In this document: positions 21,916 to 31,287 of the stretch, piece after piece
How the letters are laid out: each line of letters begins with the position of its first letter
Numbering within the stretch: position 1 is the stretch's first letter
NCBI RefSeq assembly: GCF_000016745.1
Contig: NC_009483.1
Coordinates: 1,110,001-1,142,000 of the forward strand
Length of the DNA stretch: 32,000 nt
Reading direction: 5' to 3'
DNA from: Geotalea uraniireducens Rf4
GTDB lineage: Bacteria > Desulfobacterota > Desulfuromonadia > Geobacterales > Geobacteraceae
Program-made: the position numbers and the translations under genes
Notes under the pieces: generated by a model
Told to the model about the DNA's origin: nothing
Database searches by the model: none
The model's input: the letters and a program-made list of their open reading frames with translations, nothing else

Positions 21916-24876
21916 TCAGGCAGGGAAGTTTCGCGTCAGGTGGAGCCGGAGCGTGTCCTCGAAGGCCGCTTCCTGGTCTCCCCGGTATACGAGGGAGGAT
22001 GCGATCTCGGCGGCGAGAATGGCGAAGAGGTATTTCTGCGGCAGCTTGCCGATCCGCCGCCGGTAGCGTGTCTCTTCGCGGAGGATGCGCGGGAGGTGGG
22101 AGAGGATGGCCCGGCGGAAGATGGGTTGCAGGCAGAGTTCCGGGCGTCCCTGGAAGAATTTGAAGATGCGGGCGTAGAGGCCGTTGATCTCGCTGCTCAG
22201 CGCATCGGAGATCTCGGTGCAGAGGAGCATCGGCTGCTCTCGGCGGCGCCTGAGGATCAACTGCGCCTCGTCGCCGGCCCGTTTCTCCAGGATTTCGAGG
22301 ACGTCGGCCACGTAGCGTTCCTTCTCGGCCAGGAACTCTTGTTCGCTCAGGAGCAGGTTGGCGATGATCTCGTAGGAGGAGGAGATTACGCCGCACTTGT
22401 TGGCCGAGGCGTCGCGCATGATGATGACCCCATTTTTCTGGAGCTGGACGCGGGCCTCGGGGGTGATGAATGAGTTGGCCCCCTCGACGATGGCCTGCGC
22501 AGACGGGGTGCCGTCCGCCAGCAGGAATTCCTGCCAGTTCTCCTTGTCGATGGTCTCCGGGCGGCCTCCGGCGGGGATGAAGAGGTCCGCCTGCACGGTG
22601 AAGGGGAGCTCGTCGAACTCCCGGTAGAATTCGTCGATGGATATCCACTCCTCATGCAGGCCGGCCGGGGTCATGCTCACTTTGCGGTAGAGCTCCCTGA
22701 GCCCTTCTTTGCGGCTGCCGGTGCGGAAGAGCATGAAGCCGCCGGGGTGAAGGGCATGGGGGTCGAAGGCCTCCAGGTCTTCCTTGAGTATGATCCGTTT
22801 CAGCTCCGTCCGGTCGGCTCCCGATCCGTCGCAGAGGGCGGCGGTGCCGTCGAGGATGAGGCGGATCGCCATCTGCGGGCAGCGGTCGAGCATGATCCGC
22901 ATGGCGTTTCCAGCCACGTCGCCGTTGGGGCCTCCGGTGAACTTTACGGAGAACGGGTCCTTGCGGATGTCGATGCCCAGCTCCGCCATGGTGATTTCGG
23001 CGAACTTCACCACCCCGGTGGAGGTGACCCCGTACTCCTTGTGGTTGATCCCCACCTTTTTACTGGAGATGATGCCGATGCCGAGCAGGTACTCCCGCTT
23101 TTGCGACAGCCGGGCGATGGTCTCGATCATCGAGTCGTGCATGTTCTCGTCGGGCCCCAGTTCGATCGGCTCGTCTTCCCGGTAGTAGTCCAGCACCCGC
23201 GGGTCCCTGGCGACCCCGTTTTCGGTGACGAAGATGTCGAGGAAGGCGTTGATGATCCCGAACTGGAGCTTGTAGAGCCGCCACGTCTCCATTTCCCGCT
23301 CCCGGGCTCTCAGGTCCGAGACATCGAGGATCACCACCAGCTTCGACCCCCCCTCGTAGATATCCTTGTTTTTCAGATGCTGGGTGTGGGCCAGGACGAA
23401 GTTCTCGCGGAAGATGGTGCCGGCGTTGGTCAGATAGTCGTCGTTGGTGCGGGCGATGACGGTCCGCCAGCCGCCCCGGGCGATGTCGGAGAAGCCGATG
23501 TGATAGCCGAAGCCGAAGCGGCTGAAGAAGAAGGTGACCCGGAACGGCACGGCCTGCGGCAGGTCGGAGGTTGCCTCGGGGCCGAGCTTCGCCAGGTAGG
23601 CGGGGTCGAGGCGGAAGGCGAGGGCCTGCTTTTCCAGGACGAAGAAGTTGGTCTTCAGGGTATGGGTGATGAAGATGAGGCAGCAGCGGAAGATGGAGCG
23701 CCGCACCTCATCCAGGTAGCGGTGGCCGGTGTTGTACTCCTCGACGGCCTGCTCCGTTTCCGCGAGGACCGACCGGTATGCTTCGTCCCGGACGCCCCTG
23801 GCCGGATCGAAGCGCACCCTGAAGAGCTGTGCCAGTTGGAGGGCTATCTCCGGGTGGGAGAGGAAGGCGCTCCTGACTTCCGCCGAATCGAAGCGGTCCG
23901 GCTGGGTATGGGCCAGGTTCGTATGGCAGAAGGCGATGAAGGCGTTGATCAGCGAGGCCTCCTCGCCGCTCATAACCCCGTTCATGACGAAGTTGCGGAA
24001 GGCCTCCGATCTGGTGGGCAGGATCTGGGTGTTGTAAAGCTCCTGCTGGAGCCGGCTGAAGATCCCGTCCCCCTGCGCCAGCACCCCTCCGTCGCGCCGC
24101 TGCACGTAGAAGGTGCCGAGGAAGTAGGGATGGATGCCGTTGGAGATGGTGAGGCAGTAGGCGCGGTTCACCCCGAGGGAGAGACGGTTGAAGACCTCCA
24201 TGATCTGGAAGAGGAAATCCTGCTGGGGTGGGTTCCCCACGGCGAACAGGACCCGCCATTCGTTGCCGCTCGCCATCTCTTCCACACCCAGATAGAGCCC
24301 ACCCCCTTGATTGCTCCGCTGGTAGAGTTGCAGTATCTGGGCGACCCGTGCCGGCGCCGAGACCCGCACGTAGTTCGCGTTATTGAGCCAGAGGATGCGG
24401 AGGAGCCGGTCCAGCTCCTTAAGATCGAAAGAGGGGAAGTTTCGCTTCAGCTCGGCGGAAATCCTTCTCCTGATGCCGAGGGGAACCACCACATCCTTGC
24501 CGGCAATGATCTCCTCGTTGCTCTTCCGGTCAAACTCGAAGCGCTGGATCTCCAGGGCCTGCTCCATTCCGGGCATCGGTCCGGCGGAGTGGGCGATCAT
24601 GGCGTAGGATATTTCCCGTTCCTGGACCCGGCGCAGGGTGTCGTAGAGGGTGCCGGGGCGGTTGACGAAGGCCTGGATGTAGCTCTTTTCCCGGTCGGCA
24701 AGGATAAGCCGGCGGTTGTCGCGCAGGGTCGCCAGTTCCCGTTCGAGGATGGAGACGGCCTTCGGCTCGTCCTTCATGGAAATGAAAAAGTAGGGGTTCA
24801 TCCATTCCCGGAGCCAGCGGCGATTTTCCGCCCGCTCCGCGTTTCGCGTTCTACTGCCCGATTTGGCACTGTCCAT
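21916..24876 (-). CDS. gdh: large NAD-specific glutamate dehydrogenase (~1000-aa, about 115 kDa class)
   Basis: IARGGWRTV...LAHTQHLKNKDIYEGGSKLVV parallels the GGLRW...KNAVIVPVGAKGG substrate/Lys region of large GDHs. KFTGGPNGDVAGNAMRIM parallels the GDMSGDVFGNGML dinucleotide motif. EGANSFITPEAR...ASANKCGVISSSYEI is also present. A 986-aa uninterrupted frame with RBS gaggag. Confidence 0.8.
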   Translation of the reverse strand: MDSAKSGSRTRNAERAENRRWLREWMNPYFFISMKDEPKAVSILERELATLRDNRRLILADREKSYIQAFVNRPGTLYDTLRRVQEREISYAMIAHSAGPMPGMEQALEIQRFEFDRKSNEEIIAGKDVVVPLGIRRRISAELKRNFPSFDLKELDRLLRILWLNNANYVRVSAPARVAQILQLYQRSNQGGGLYLGVEEMASGNEWRVLFAVGNPPQQDFLFQIMEVFNRLSLGVNRAYCLTISNGIHPYFLGTFYVQRRDGGVLAQGDGIFSRLQQELYNTQILPTRSEAFRNFVMNGVMSGEEASLINAFIAFCHTNLAHTQPDRFDSAEVRSAFLSHPEIALQLAQLFRVRFDPARGVRDEAYRSVLAETEQAVEEYNTGHRYLDEVRRSIFRCCLIFITHTLKTNFFVLEKQALAFRLDPAYLAKLGPEATSDLPQAVPFRVTFFFSRFGFGYHIGFSDIARGGWRTVIARTNDDYLTNAGTIFRENFVLAHTQHLKNKDIYEGGSKLVVILDVSDLRAREREMETWRLYKLQFGIINAFLDIFVTENGVARDPRVLDYYREDEPIELGPDENMHDSMIETIARLSQKREYLLGIGIISSKKVGINHKEYGVTSTGVVKFAEITMAELGIDIRKDPFSVKFTGGPNGDVAGNAMRIMLDRCPQMAIRLILDGTAALCDGSGADRTELKRIILKEDLEAFDPHALHPGGFMLFRTGSRKEGLRELYRKVSMTPAGLHEEWISIDEFYREFDELPFTVQADLFIPAGGRPETIDKENWQEFLLADGTPSAQAIVEGANSFITPEARVQLQKNGVIIMRDASANKCGVISSSYEIIANLLLSEQEFLAEKERYVADVLEILEKRAGDEAQLILRRRREQPMLLCTEISDALSSEINGLYARIFKFFQGRPELCLQPIFRRAILSHLPRILREETRYRRRIGKLPQKYLFAILAAEIASSLVYRGDQEAAFEDTLRLHLTRNFPA

Positions 24877-25013
24877 TGTCGTGAACTCCTCATCGGGTCC
24901 TTGACCCGGAAAAATGATGTCAGAAGCTGACCTGGGAGCGGAGTAATCGACATAAAAAAAAGCCCCGCTGAATGAGTGAACATGCAGACGGGGCTGGTAT
25001 TGTGAAGCTATTG

Positions 25014-25523
25014 TCAGGCAACAGCCGTCAGATTCTCATGTTCGTCATCGTCAAAGAGCAGATTCAGGTCGAGCAGGATCAGGAGCCGCTGGTTGTGGTC
25101 CAGAATGCCGACGATGCAGTCCTGAACGCCGTCCATGTGAGCGACATTGGGCGCCGGCTGGATCGAGTCGCTTTGAATCCGTATTACCTCTGCTACGGAA
25201 TCTACGATAAAACCGGTCAAATTGCCACCTTTAAGTTCCATGACCAGGATGCGGGAATTCCGGTCGTTTTCGTGGCTATCCATGTTGAATCGTTTACGGA
25301 GAGAGATGACCGGGATCACTGTGCCGCGCAGATTGATGACCCCTTCGATGTAATGGGGAGCATTGGGCATTTTGGTCAGTTCTGGCATCCTGATGATCTC
25401 GCGGACGCTCAAAACTTCCACGCCGTATTCTTCCCGGTCAAGGGCGAAGGTGACCATCTGTATTATCTTGTTTTGTTTCAGTTTTTCTTCCGGGTGGGCA
25501 AATGGGACAATATCCGGCGACAT
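25014..25523 (-). CDS. cheW: chemotaxis coupling protein CheW
   Basis: MVTFALDREEYGVEVLSVREIIRMPELTKMPNAPHYIEGVINLRGTVIPVISLRKRF is the canonical CheW core. ATG at 25523 follows gggaggttgtt. Confidence 0.92.
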   Translation of the reverse strand: MSPDIVPFAHPEEKLKQNKIIQMVTFALDREEYGVEVLSVREIIRMPELTKMPNAPHYIEGVINLRGTVIPVISLRKRFNMDSHENDRNSRILVMELKGGNLTGFIVDSVAEVIRIQSDSIQPAPNVAHMDGVQDCIVGILDHNQRLLILLDLNLLFDDDEHENLTAVA

Positions 25524-25777
25524 AACAACCTCCCTTGAGCTTTGTTCTTTTGTTCGGCAAACCACCGGTTCTGCCGGTGTGACTTTAAAAGGCTGTGGCG
25601 TATGAGTATCTTGGCCGGTATTTCCTGAAGCCCTGATACTGAATCTGCATCCGGCGTATCTCCAAAGTTATGGGATATGATTCTAATCGGCTTGCTGAAG
25701 AATACCTTGAGCCCTTTTTATCGACTCTCAAGATCGTTATATATCTGCTGATGGAACTGATATTCCGCTCCACACAC

Positions 25778-25812
25778 AAAAAAAGCCCCGGATTTCTCCG
25801 GAGCTTTTTTTG
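25778..25812 (-). terminator. intrinsic terminator downstream of csp (bidirectional architecture)
   Basis: aaaaaaagccccggatttctccggagcttttttt: a stem gctccgga/tccggggc flanked by A- and T-tracts. Confidence 0.8.
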
Positions 25813-25830
25813 TCGAATCGAGCAGTGCGC

Positions 25831-26031
25831 TTAAACTCTGGTCACATTGGCTGCCTGTAGGCCCTTTGGCCCTTTGGTCACTTCGAAGGTTACATTGTCG
25901 CCTTCGTTCAGGGATTTAAACCCATCGCCCGTGATGGCCGAGAAATGGACAAATACGTCTTCACCATTCTCCTGCTCAAGAAATCCAAACCCCTTGCTGT
26001 CGTTGAACCATTTTACTTTGCCTTTTTCCAT
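25831..26031 (-). CDS. csp: cold-shock protein, CspA family
   Basis: [33 protein letters not shown] contains the RNP1 (KGFGF) and RNP2 (VFVHF) motifs. The third ATG (26031) has correct spacing from aggag. Confidence 0.93.
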   Translation of the reverse strand: MEKGKVKWFNDSKGFGFLEQENGEDVFVHFSAITGDGFKSLNEGDNVTFEVTKGPKGLQAANVTRV

Positions 26032-26237
26032 TACCATCATTCTCCTGATACGTTTAGTTTTATCCTGACTTAGCCAGCGATATTAAAGAACTGTAACAAG
26101 CATGTCTGCAATGTCAAGCCGAAATCGACCAATTTATAAGTTATCAAGAGATGCCGATTATTTCATCTCCATCGCCCCTTCTTCCTTTTTCATTTCCGAT
26201 TGTCCTTCTTTGGATTGCAAGAAAGAAGATTGCCGGT

Positions 26238-26867
26238 TCAGGTCAGCCCTTCCCTGCGGAGGGCTTGAATGATGATCCGGGCAATGTCCTTGCTGACGGT
26301 AACCACCTTGCCCGGTTCCGAAGTCTCTAAAGTCCCTGCCCAGATGAGCTTGCCGCTCTCCGCATCGAACAGGTTTACCTGGATCGTGGCGACATTGTAC
26401 ATGACCATGGTCGGCGGTTCGTAGAAGGTCGTTGCGCCATAGTAGCCGTACATATCCCAATAGGGGAAAGCGGGTGGATACCAGTAGCCGGGATAGTTGT
26501 CGATATAGCCGGGTTGGACGTTGGTCCGCTTTTCGACCATGGTCGTTTGAATGCTGAGCACACCGTCTGCCCCGGACTCCTTCACTGCTTTTTCCAGTGT
26601 TTGCTGGCTAACCGGCTCATCCTTGGGCATCAGCAAATAGCTCGCTGCAGCTTCGATGCCGCTCTGCTTGAGTTCAGCGGCGATGACATCTTCGTAGACC
26701 TTGCGGGTATTGGAGCTTTTTACGATACTTGACACCAGCAGCTTGTGGTACTTCCGGTTGGCCAGGTCGGGGGGGTGCCAGGAATCGACGAGGGAAGTAG
26801 CTGCGCATGAGGAGAGTAAACCGGTTATGACGAACAGTCCCAGAATCTTGGCGAATACAGGGCGCAT
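26238..26867 (-). CDS. lipoprotein, DUF4136-like
   Basis: Signal peptide with a lipobox, MRPVFAKILGLFVITGLLSSC. The body resembles DUF4136 lipoproteins (assignment by recollection). RBS ggaggtgccgc. Confidence 0.7.
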   Translation of the reverse strand: MRPVFAKILGLFVITGLLSSCAATSLVDSWHPPDLANRKYHKLLVSSIVKSSNTRKVYEDVIAAELKQSGIEAAASYLLMPKDEPVSQQTLEKAVKESGADGVLSIQTTMVEKRTNVQPGYIDNYPGYWYPPAFPYWDMYGYYGATTFYEPPTMVMYNVATIQVNLFDAESGKLIWAGTLETSEPGKVVTVSKDIARIIIQALRREGLT

Positions 26868-27157
26868 GCGGCACCTCCATTATTGGTGTAGTTTAATTAT
26901 ATCACAATCATTGATAGTGCAAGCTGAGCGGGCATATGTGACAACGCTTGATTGATTGCGACTATCGATCGGCTATTGCAACTTATCGCTTGTTCCGGCA
27001 ATCGTTTTTCGTGATTGAAACATTTTGTGGAACTTAGAGGGCCTAAAAATATTTCTAAAGAATCTGTAACTAAATCCGAATAATGTTTGCATGAACCGTA
27101 TCCTTGTCCGGTTCTTTTCTAAAATATGCGGAATCTTTTGTACCGGGGTGGCAATGG

Positions 27158-27202
27158 TGCCTGTCCCTGCCATGCATAATGGCAGGGACAGGCATTTTTT
27201 GT
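27158..27202 (+). terminator. orphan rho-independent terminator in the lipoprotein/MCP intergenic region
   Basis: tgcctgtccctgccat gcat aatggcagggacaggca is a 16-bp perfect stem followed by ttttttgttt. No annotated + strand gene lies upstream of it. Confidence 0.7.
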
Positions 27203-27270
27203 TTCACGTCAAAATCCGGCCTTGGCTGTTTAATAAATATTGAGGCATTTACAATGGTGTGGAGGAAAAA

Positions 27271-29271
27271 ATGAAAAGTATATTTGTTCCTGCAATTGTC
27301 TTAATGAATCGATGTACATTTTTCCAGAAAATTGCCGTGGTTACGGGCATTTTTCTCTTACCGGTTATGTTGCTTGCATATTTTCTCGTAACAGATGCGC
27401 ATGAATTGATCGAGTTTGCCGCCAAGGAGCGTTTAGGAGTTGAATACAGCGTTCCAGTAAGACGCCTGCTCCAGGATGCTCAGGGAATGCGTGACTCTTC
27501 TGTAATCACTGGCGATGTTTCCGCAGAGGAAGCTAAATTGGCCTCTGATTTTCAAAACATGGAAAAAGTTGAGGAGCGGCTCTCTGGCGATCTGAACACC
27601 AAGGATGCATTAACTAAGCTCAAAAACACTGCAAATTCCATTAAAAGCACGCAGGGAAAGGCATTCGGAAAAATATACGCTGCCCATACTGTTTTTATCA
27701 GCGAACTTCTGAGTATGCTGACGCTTGTTGCAGATAATTCCAATCTTACCCTTGATCCCGATATCGACAGCTATTACCTGATGGACTCCATTGCAACAAA
27801 GCTTCCCGGTCTTGCCGAGGCGGTTTCCCGGGAATCGGTCCTCGTAAGGGAAGTGCTTGCCCGCAAAGCCATGACACCGGAGGAAAAAACGGAACTGACG
27901 GTTGTCTCGGGTCAGATAACGGCTTTGTTGGATGGGCTCAGGCAAAATATGAGCAAAGCCTTTGGAGCGAATGCCGATCTTCGGCGAAAATTGGAAAAGA
28001 ATTTTCAGTCTATTGAAAACGAAGTGGCCGCGTATGCTGAGACAATAAACCGCGATTTACTGGGGGGAAAAGAGAATCTGACGGATCCAGCCGGCTTTGC
28101 TGCGGCGGCAAAACGGGCAGCAGGAGCTGTTTACCAAGGCTATGACATTATTGTGCCTGAGCTGGACCATCTTCTCAACAAGCGCATAAACAAGCTGCAT
28201 AGTCACACGAACCGAAAAGTGATGGTCAGCTTTATGGCTGTTTTGCTGGGAATGTATCTTTTCCTCGGATTCTATCGATCTGTTCGGGACAATATACACG
28301 AGCTGCATCTTGCGGCACAGCAAGTGGCTGAGGGCAACCTCAACATGAAGTTGGCGATACCTTCCCGGGATGAAATCGGTGCAGTTTCCAGAAGCTTCAA
28401 CGCTATGGTGGGTGACCTGGGAGATATTGTGGGGAAGGTGTCGATTACGGCGACCCAGGTTGCAACTGCTGCAAGCCAGCTGACATCAACTGCGGACAAA
28501 ATTGCCATGGACTCGGAAAATGTTGCAATCCAGGCTACAGCAGTTGCGACTGCAAGCGAGCAGATGTTGGAGACCAGTACAGACATTGCCAGGAGTTGCT
28601 GCGATGCTGCCGGCAATTCTCAGCATAGCAACCGGATTGCCACGTCAGGAGTGGCGGTTTTGAAGGAAACCTTGACTGTGATGGAAGGAATTGCCTCACG
28701 GGTCAAGCTCTCGGCAACTTCGATAGGGGCGCTGGAAGCCAGGTCAAACAGCATCGGCGAGATAGTCAGCACTATCGAGGATATTGCCGATCAGACCAAC
28801 CTTTTGGCCTTGAACGCCGCCATTGAAGCAGCCAGAGCCGGCGAGCAGGGGAGAGGCTTCGCTGTCGTCGCAGACGAGGTCAGGGCCTTGGCGGAACGAA
28901 CTACCGTAGCCACCCGGCAGATCAGTGAAATGATCGGGTCTATTCAGAAGGAAACCCGCTCTGCTGTTGAGTTTATGGACAGCGGCGTGCAAGAGGTCGG
29001 CAACGGTATGGAAAAGGCGGCAGAATCAGAAGAAGCGTTAAAACAAATCTTCGAGCAAATAGATAGCGTGTCAACCCAGATCAGTCAGATAGCAGGCGCT
29101 GCGGAAGAGCAAACCGCCACGACCAATGTGATCTCAAAAAGCATCCAGGAAATGAATGCCATTTCGTACGAAACCGCCGGCGGTGCAAAAGAAAGCGCGG
29201 CAGCAGCTTCACAATTGTCAGATTTGTCCTGCGAACTGAAAAGTCTTGTCATGCGTTTCAGGCTTGCATGA
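27271..29271 (+). CDS. mcp: methyl-accepting chemotaxis protein (periplasmic sensor, HAMP, MA domain)
   Basis: Two TM segments ([22 protein letters not shown]; [18 protein letters not shown]). HAMP region ([28 protein letters not shown]). Highly conserved hairpin tip [45 protein letters not shown] at 27271 follows ggagg. Confidence 0.93.
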   Translation: MKSIFVPAIVLMNRCTFFQKIAVVTGIFLLPVMLLAYFLVTDAHELIEFAAKERLGVEYSVPVRRLLQDAQGMRDSSVITGDVSAEEAKLASDFQNMEKVEERLSGDLNTKDALTKLKNTANSIKSTQGKAFGKIYAAHTVFISELLSMLTLVADNSNLTLDPDIDSYYLMDSIATKLPGLAEAVSRESVLVREVLARKAMTPEEKTELTVVSGQITALLDGLRQNMSKAFGANADLRRKLEKNFQSIENEVAAYAETINRDLLGGKENLTDPAGFAAAAKRAAGAVYQGYDIIVPELDHLLNKRINKLHSHTNRKVMVSFMAVLLGMYLFLGFYRSVRDNIHELHLAAQQVAEGNLNMKLAIPSRDEIGAVSRSFNAMVGDLGDIVGKVSITATQVATAASQLTSTADKIAMDSENVAIQATAVATASEQMLETSTDIARSCCDAAGNSQHSNRIATSGVAVLKETLTVMEGIASRVKLSATSIGALEARSNSIGEIVSTIEDIADQTNLLALNAAIEAARAGEQGRGFAVVADEVRALAERTTVATRQISEMIGSIQKETRSAVEFMDSGVQEVGNGMEKAAESEEALKQIFEQIDSVSTQISQIAGAAEEQTATTNVISKSIQEMNAISYETAGGAKESAAAASQLSDLSCELKSLVMRFRLA

Positions 29272-29297
29272 TATGTGTCGGCGATATCTGATAATCT

Positions 29298-29328
29298 AGT
29301 TTCCATCCGGAAACTCCGGATGGAAACT
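29298..29328 (+). terminator. perfect hairpin after the MCP gene (terminator or protein-binding palindrome; no T-tract)
   Basis: agtttccatccgga aac tccggatggaaact is a 14-bp perfect stem, 27 nt past the MCP stop. Confidence 0.45.
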
Positions 29329-29442
29329 AATCTAGCATTTCATCCCTGAAGCATCGTTCCGGTAATTGTCGCGTTGACATCACCATACGATGTGGTAATT
29401 TTAAATATTAGGCGTGACCAATAAATTCGGGGGTGAGAGAAA

Positions 29443-29793
29443 ATGCGGATGCTTGCAACGGGCTTACTGTCAATGGCGGTCATGGGGCTTCTTTGTTCGT
29501 CTGTCGGTGCAGCGGGTATGGTGGAAAAAGGTAAAGCCCTCTTCAACGATCCTAAGTTTGCTGAAGGCACCTCCGGCAAATCTTGCAATTCGTGCCACCC
29601 TGACGGAAAAGGATTGGAAAAGGCCGGACTGAGAGGGCGGAAGGAGTGGAAGAATCCGGGTGGAACCTGGCTCTCCCTGCAAGACGCAAATAATGTCTGC
29701 ATCATATTGGCTAACAAGGGGAAAGCAATCGATCCCAAATCAGCCGAAATGAAGGATCTGGTGGCGTACATCAAGTCACTGGCGAAAAAGTGA
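29443..29793 (+). CDS. small monohaem c-type cytochrome, secreted
   Basis: Signal peptide MRMLATGLLSMAVMGLLCSSVGAAG and a single CxxCH haem-binding site (CNSCH). The N-terminal KGKALFNDPKF context is class-I like. Confidence 0.8.
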   Translation: MRMLATGLLSMAVMGLLCSSVGAAGMVEKGKALFNDPKFAEGTSGKSCNSCHPDGKGLEKAGLRGRKEWKNPGGTWLSLQDANNVCIILANKGKAIDPKSAEMKDLVAYIKSLAKK

Positions 29794-29841
29794 TTGGTTT
29801 TCATCCGGAAACACCGGGTGAGGACCTATTTAGTTTCTGAA

Positions 29842-29870
29842 GGGAGAGCCGAACAGTCTCTCCCCTTTTT
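29842..29870 (+). terminator. intrinsic terminator after the cytochrome c gene
   Basis: gggagag ccgaacagt ctctccc followed by cttttt. Confidence 0.65.
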
Positions 29871-29960
29871 GATTGTCGATCGGAAGGTGTCTTTCGAGCT
29901 CGACACAGTTGCCCGCTCTGAAAACAGCCCATATCGTAACTGTTACAACTAGGGGGCACT

Positions 29961-31244
29961 TTGCCGCAACGAGTTTTCGAGACAATTAGAACAGGCCTTG
30001 AAGCCTTCTGGGGGGGCGCCACCGCCGATATTTTCAGACACGATGAAATATCCAGGGCGGATACCAAAGGCAGGCATACATTTGCGAAGAAAATCAAGAC
30101 AGATGTGGGGGATTACGTATTTGTACTGAAAAGAGGCGATCTCCCATTCTCCGAAACCGAAAAAAAGTTCGGTGAGGAGTTGGCCGGAGCATTTCAGGTC
30201 CTCTTCAACGGGTTCAAAAAGGACGAATACGCAGCGCATTATCGAACAGCCCTCCTTGCCTCCCTCATGGACGTAACCATAGCTCAATACCTGCGCCATG
30301 AACATCGTCGGGCTTTCTGGTCCATCCAGAGGCTGATCCAGCTTTTGAAAAACCTCTCTTATCAACGTTACGAGGGTACTCCCGTCACAACGGGCTTCAT
30401 CATATATCGGCATCAGTTGCAAAAATTTCGGGCAGCATGTAACTCTCTGGATTGCACCTGGAAAGATTTCAAGCCAAATGTGAGCATTTCCCCGGGGTTT
30501 TTCAAAAGTCCGTTGACCTATCGCCTTATCGATGGTCTGGGAACGTATTTCATGAGCAATATCAACATGCGGGTAACAGGAATGGTTAAATTCGGTAATT
30601 ACGGACAACATGATGCCGTTGACCGGCTCACCAATCGCGATACCTTTTCCCTGTTGAAAAAGGCCGGCAGCGGAGCATTTGCAGTCGATATTAACATCAG
30701 TTCCGAATTGGAGATCAAGACCTGTCCCGACAAGATATTTATCTGGCGGAAAGGGAGCTGGAGTCTATTCGATCCGAATGTATTCAGAAGCTTTCTTGCA
30801 GGGCATCTGGATGCAAAAGAAGCGGAATTGTTGATACTGACTGTATATTCCCTTTCAAAGATTCGTCACGGAACCATTGTGCTCATTTGCGACACGGAGA
30901 CACAGGATCTGGACAAACTCAAAAAAGGTTCTGTGGGAGGCAACGATTCCCTCAGCCGACTGCTTATCGATCAGGTGAAAGATCTGAAAATCAGCAGATT
31001 GAAGGAGTCCGGGCAGTTGATAAGGATTCTGTCTTCTGACGGTATGACCGTGTTCAACAATAACGGCGAACTGGTTGACACGGGATTTATTATCGACACA
31101 TCGAAAACCCCCGATCTGGTTGCGGGGGGAGGACGGACTACTGCGGCAAGCGCTGCGTCGTTGTGCGGCAAGGTGATAAAGGTATCGGAGGACGGCCCCA
31201 TAGAGCTGTACGAAAAAGGGAGAGTGATCTATACCTTTGGCTGA
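29961..31244 (+). CDS. hypothetical protein with a C-terminal DisA_N/diadenylate-cyclase-like domain (non-canonical motifs) and an uncharacterised N-terminal ~280-aa domain
   Basis: The C-terminal ~140 aa are SKIRHGTIVLI...LSSDGMTVFNNNGELVDTGFIIDTS...AGGGRTTAASAASLCGKVIKVSEDGPIELYEKG. They line up with the DAC pattern GALIVI...DGAVII...G..L...GTRHRAA.GISE..D...IVVSEETG.IS. DGA is replaced by DGM and RHR by GRT. The start is TTG at 29961 after aggggg (uncertain). GC is lower than in the neighbouring genes. Confidence 0.5.
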   Translation: MPQRVFETIRTGLEAFWGGATADIFRHDEISRADTKGRHTFAKKIKTDVGDYVFVLKRGDLPFSETEKKFGEELAGAFQVLFNGFKKDEYAAHYRTALLASLMDVTIAQYLRHEHRRAFWSIQRLIQLLKNLSYQRYEGTPVTTGFIIYRHQLQKFRAACNSLDCTWKDFKPNVSISPGFFKSPLTYRLIDGLGTYFMSNINMRVTGMVKFGNYGQHDAVDRLTNRDTFSLLKKAGSGAFAVDINISSELEIKTCPDKIFIWRKGSWSLFDPNVFRSFLAGHLDAKEAELLILTVYSLSKIRHGTIVLICDTETQDLDKLKKGSVGGNDSLSRLLIDQVKDLKISRLKESGQLIRILSSDGMTVFNNNGELVDTGFIIDTSKTPDLVAGGGRTTAASAASLCGKVIKVSEDGPIELYEKGRVIYTFG

Positions 31245-31287
31245 CGGGCGGGCAGATCAAGGCCGACACGTGGCGGTAGCTTGCCTT

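Noticed and set aside
21752-24930. Multiple long ORFs overlapping gdh (21752..22648 minus strand off-frame; 22654..24930 + strand, 758 aa; others)
   Set aside because: These are shadow ORFs of a 986-codon GC-rich gene. Only the 21916..24876 minus frame shows glutamate-dehydrogenase motifs and a sensible amino-acid composition.
29340-30611. Minus-strand ORFs 29340..29804 (154 aa), 29801..30097 and 29949..30611 (220 aa)
   Set aside because: They lie opposite the cytochrome c gene (signal peptide plus CxxCH on the + strand) and the 427-aa DAC-like ORF. None has an RBS or recognisable motifs. 29949..30611 remains a weak alternative for the 5' part of that region.
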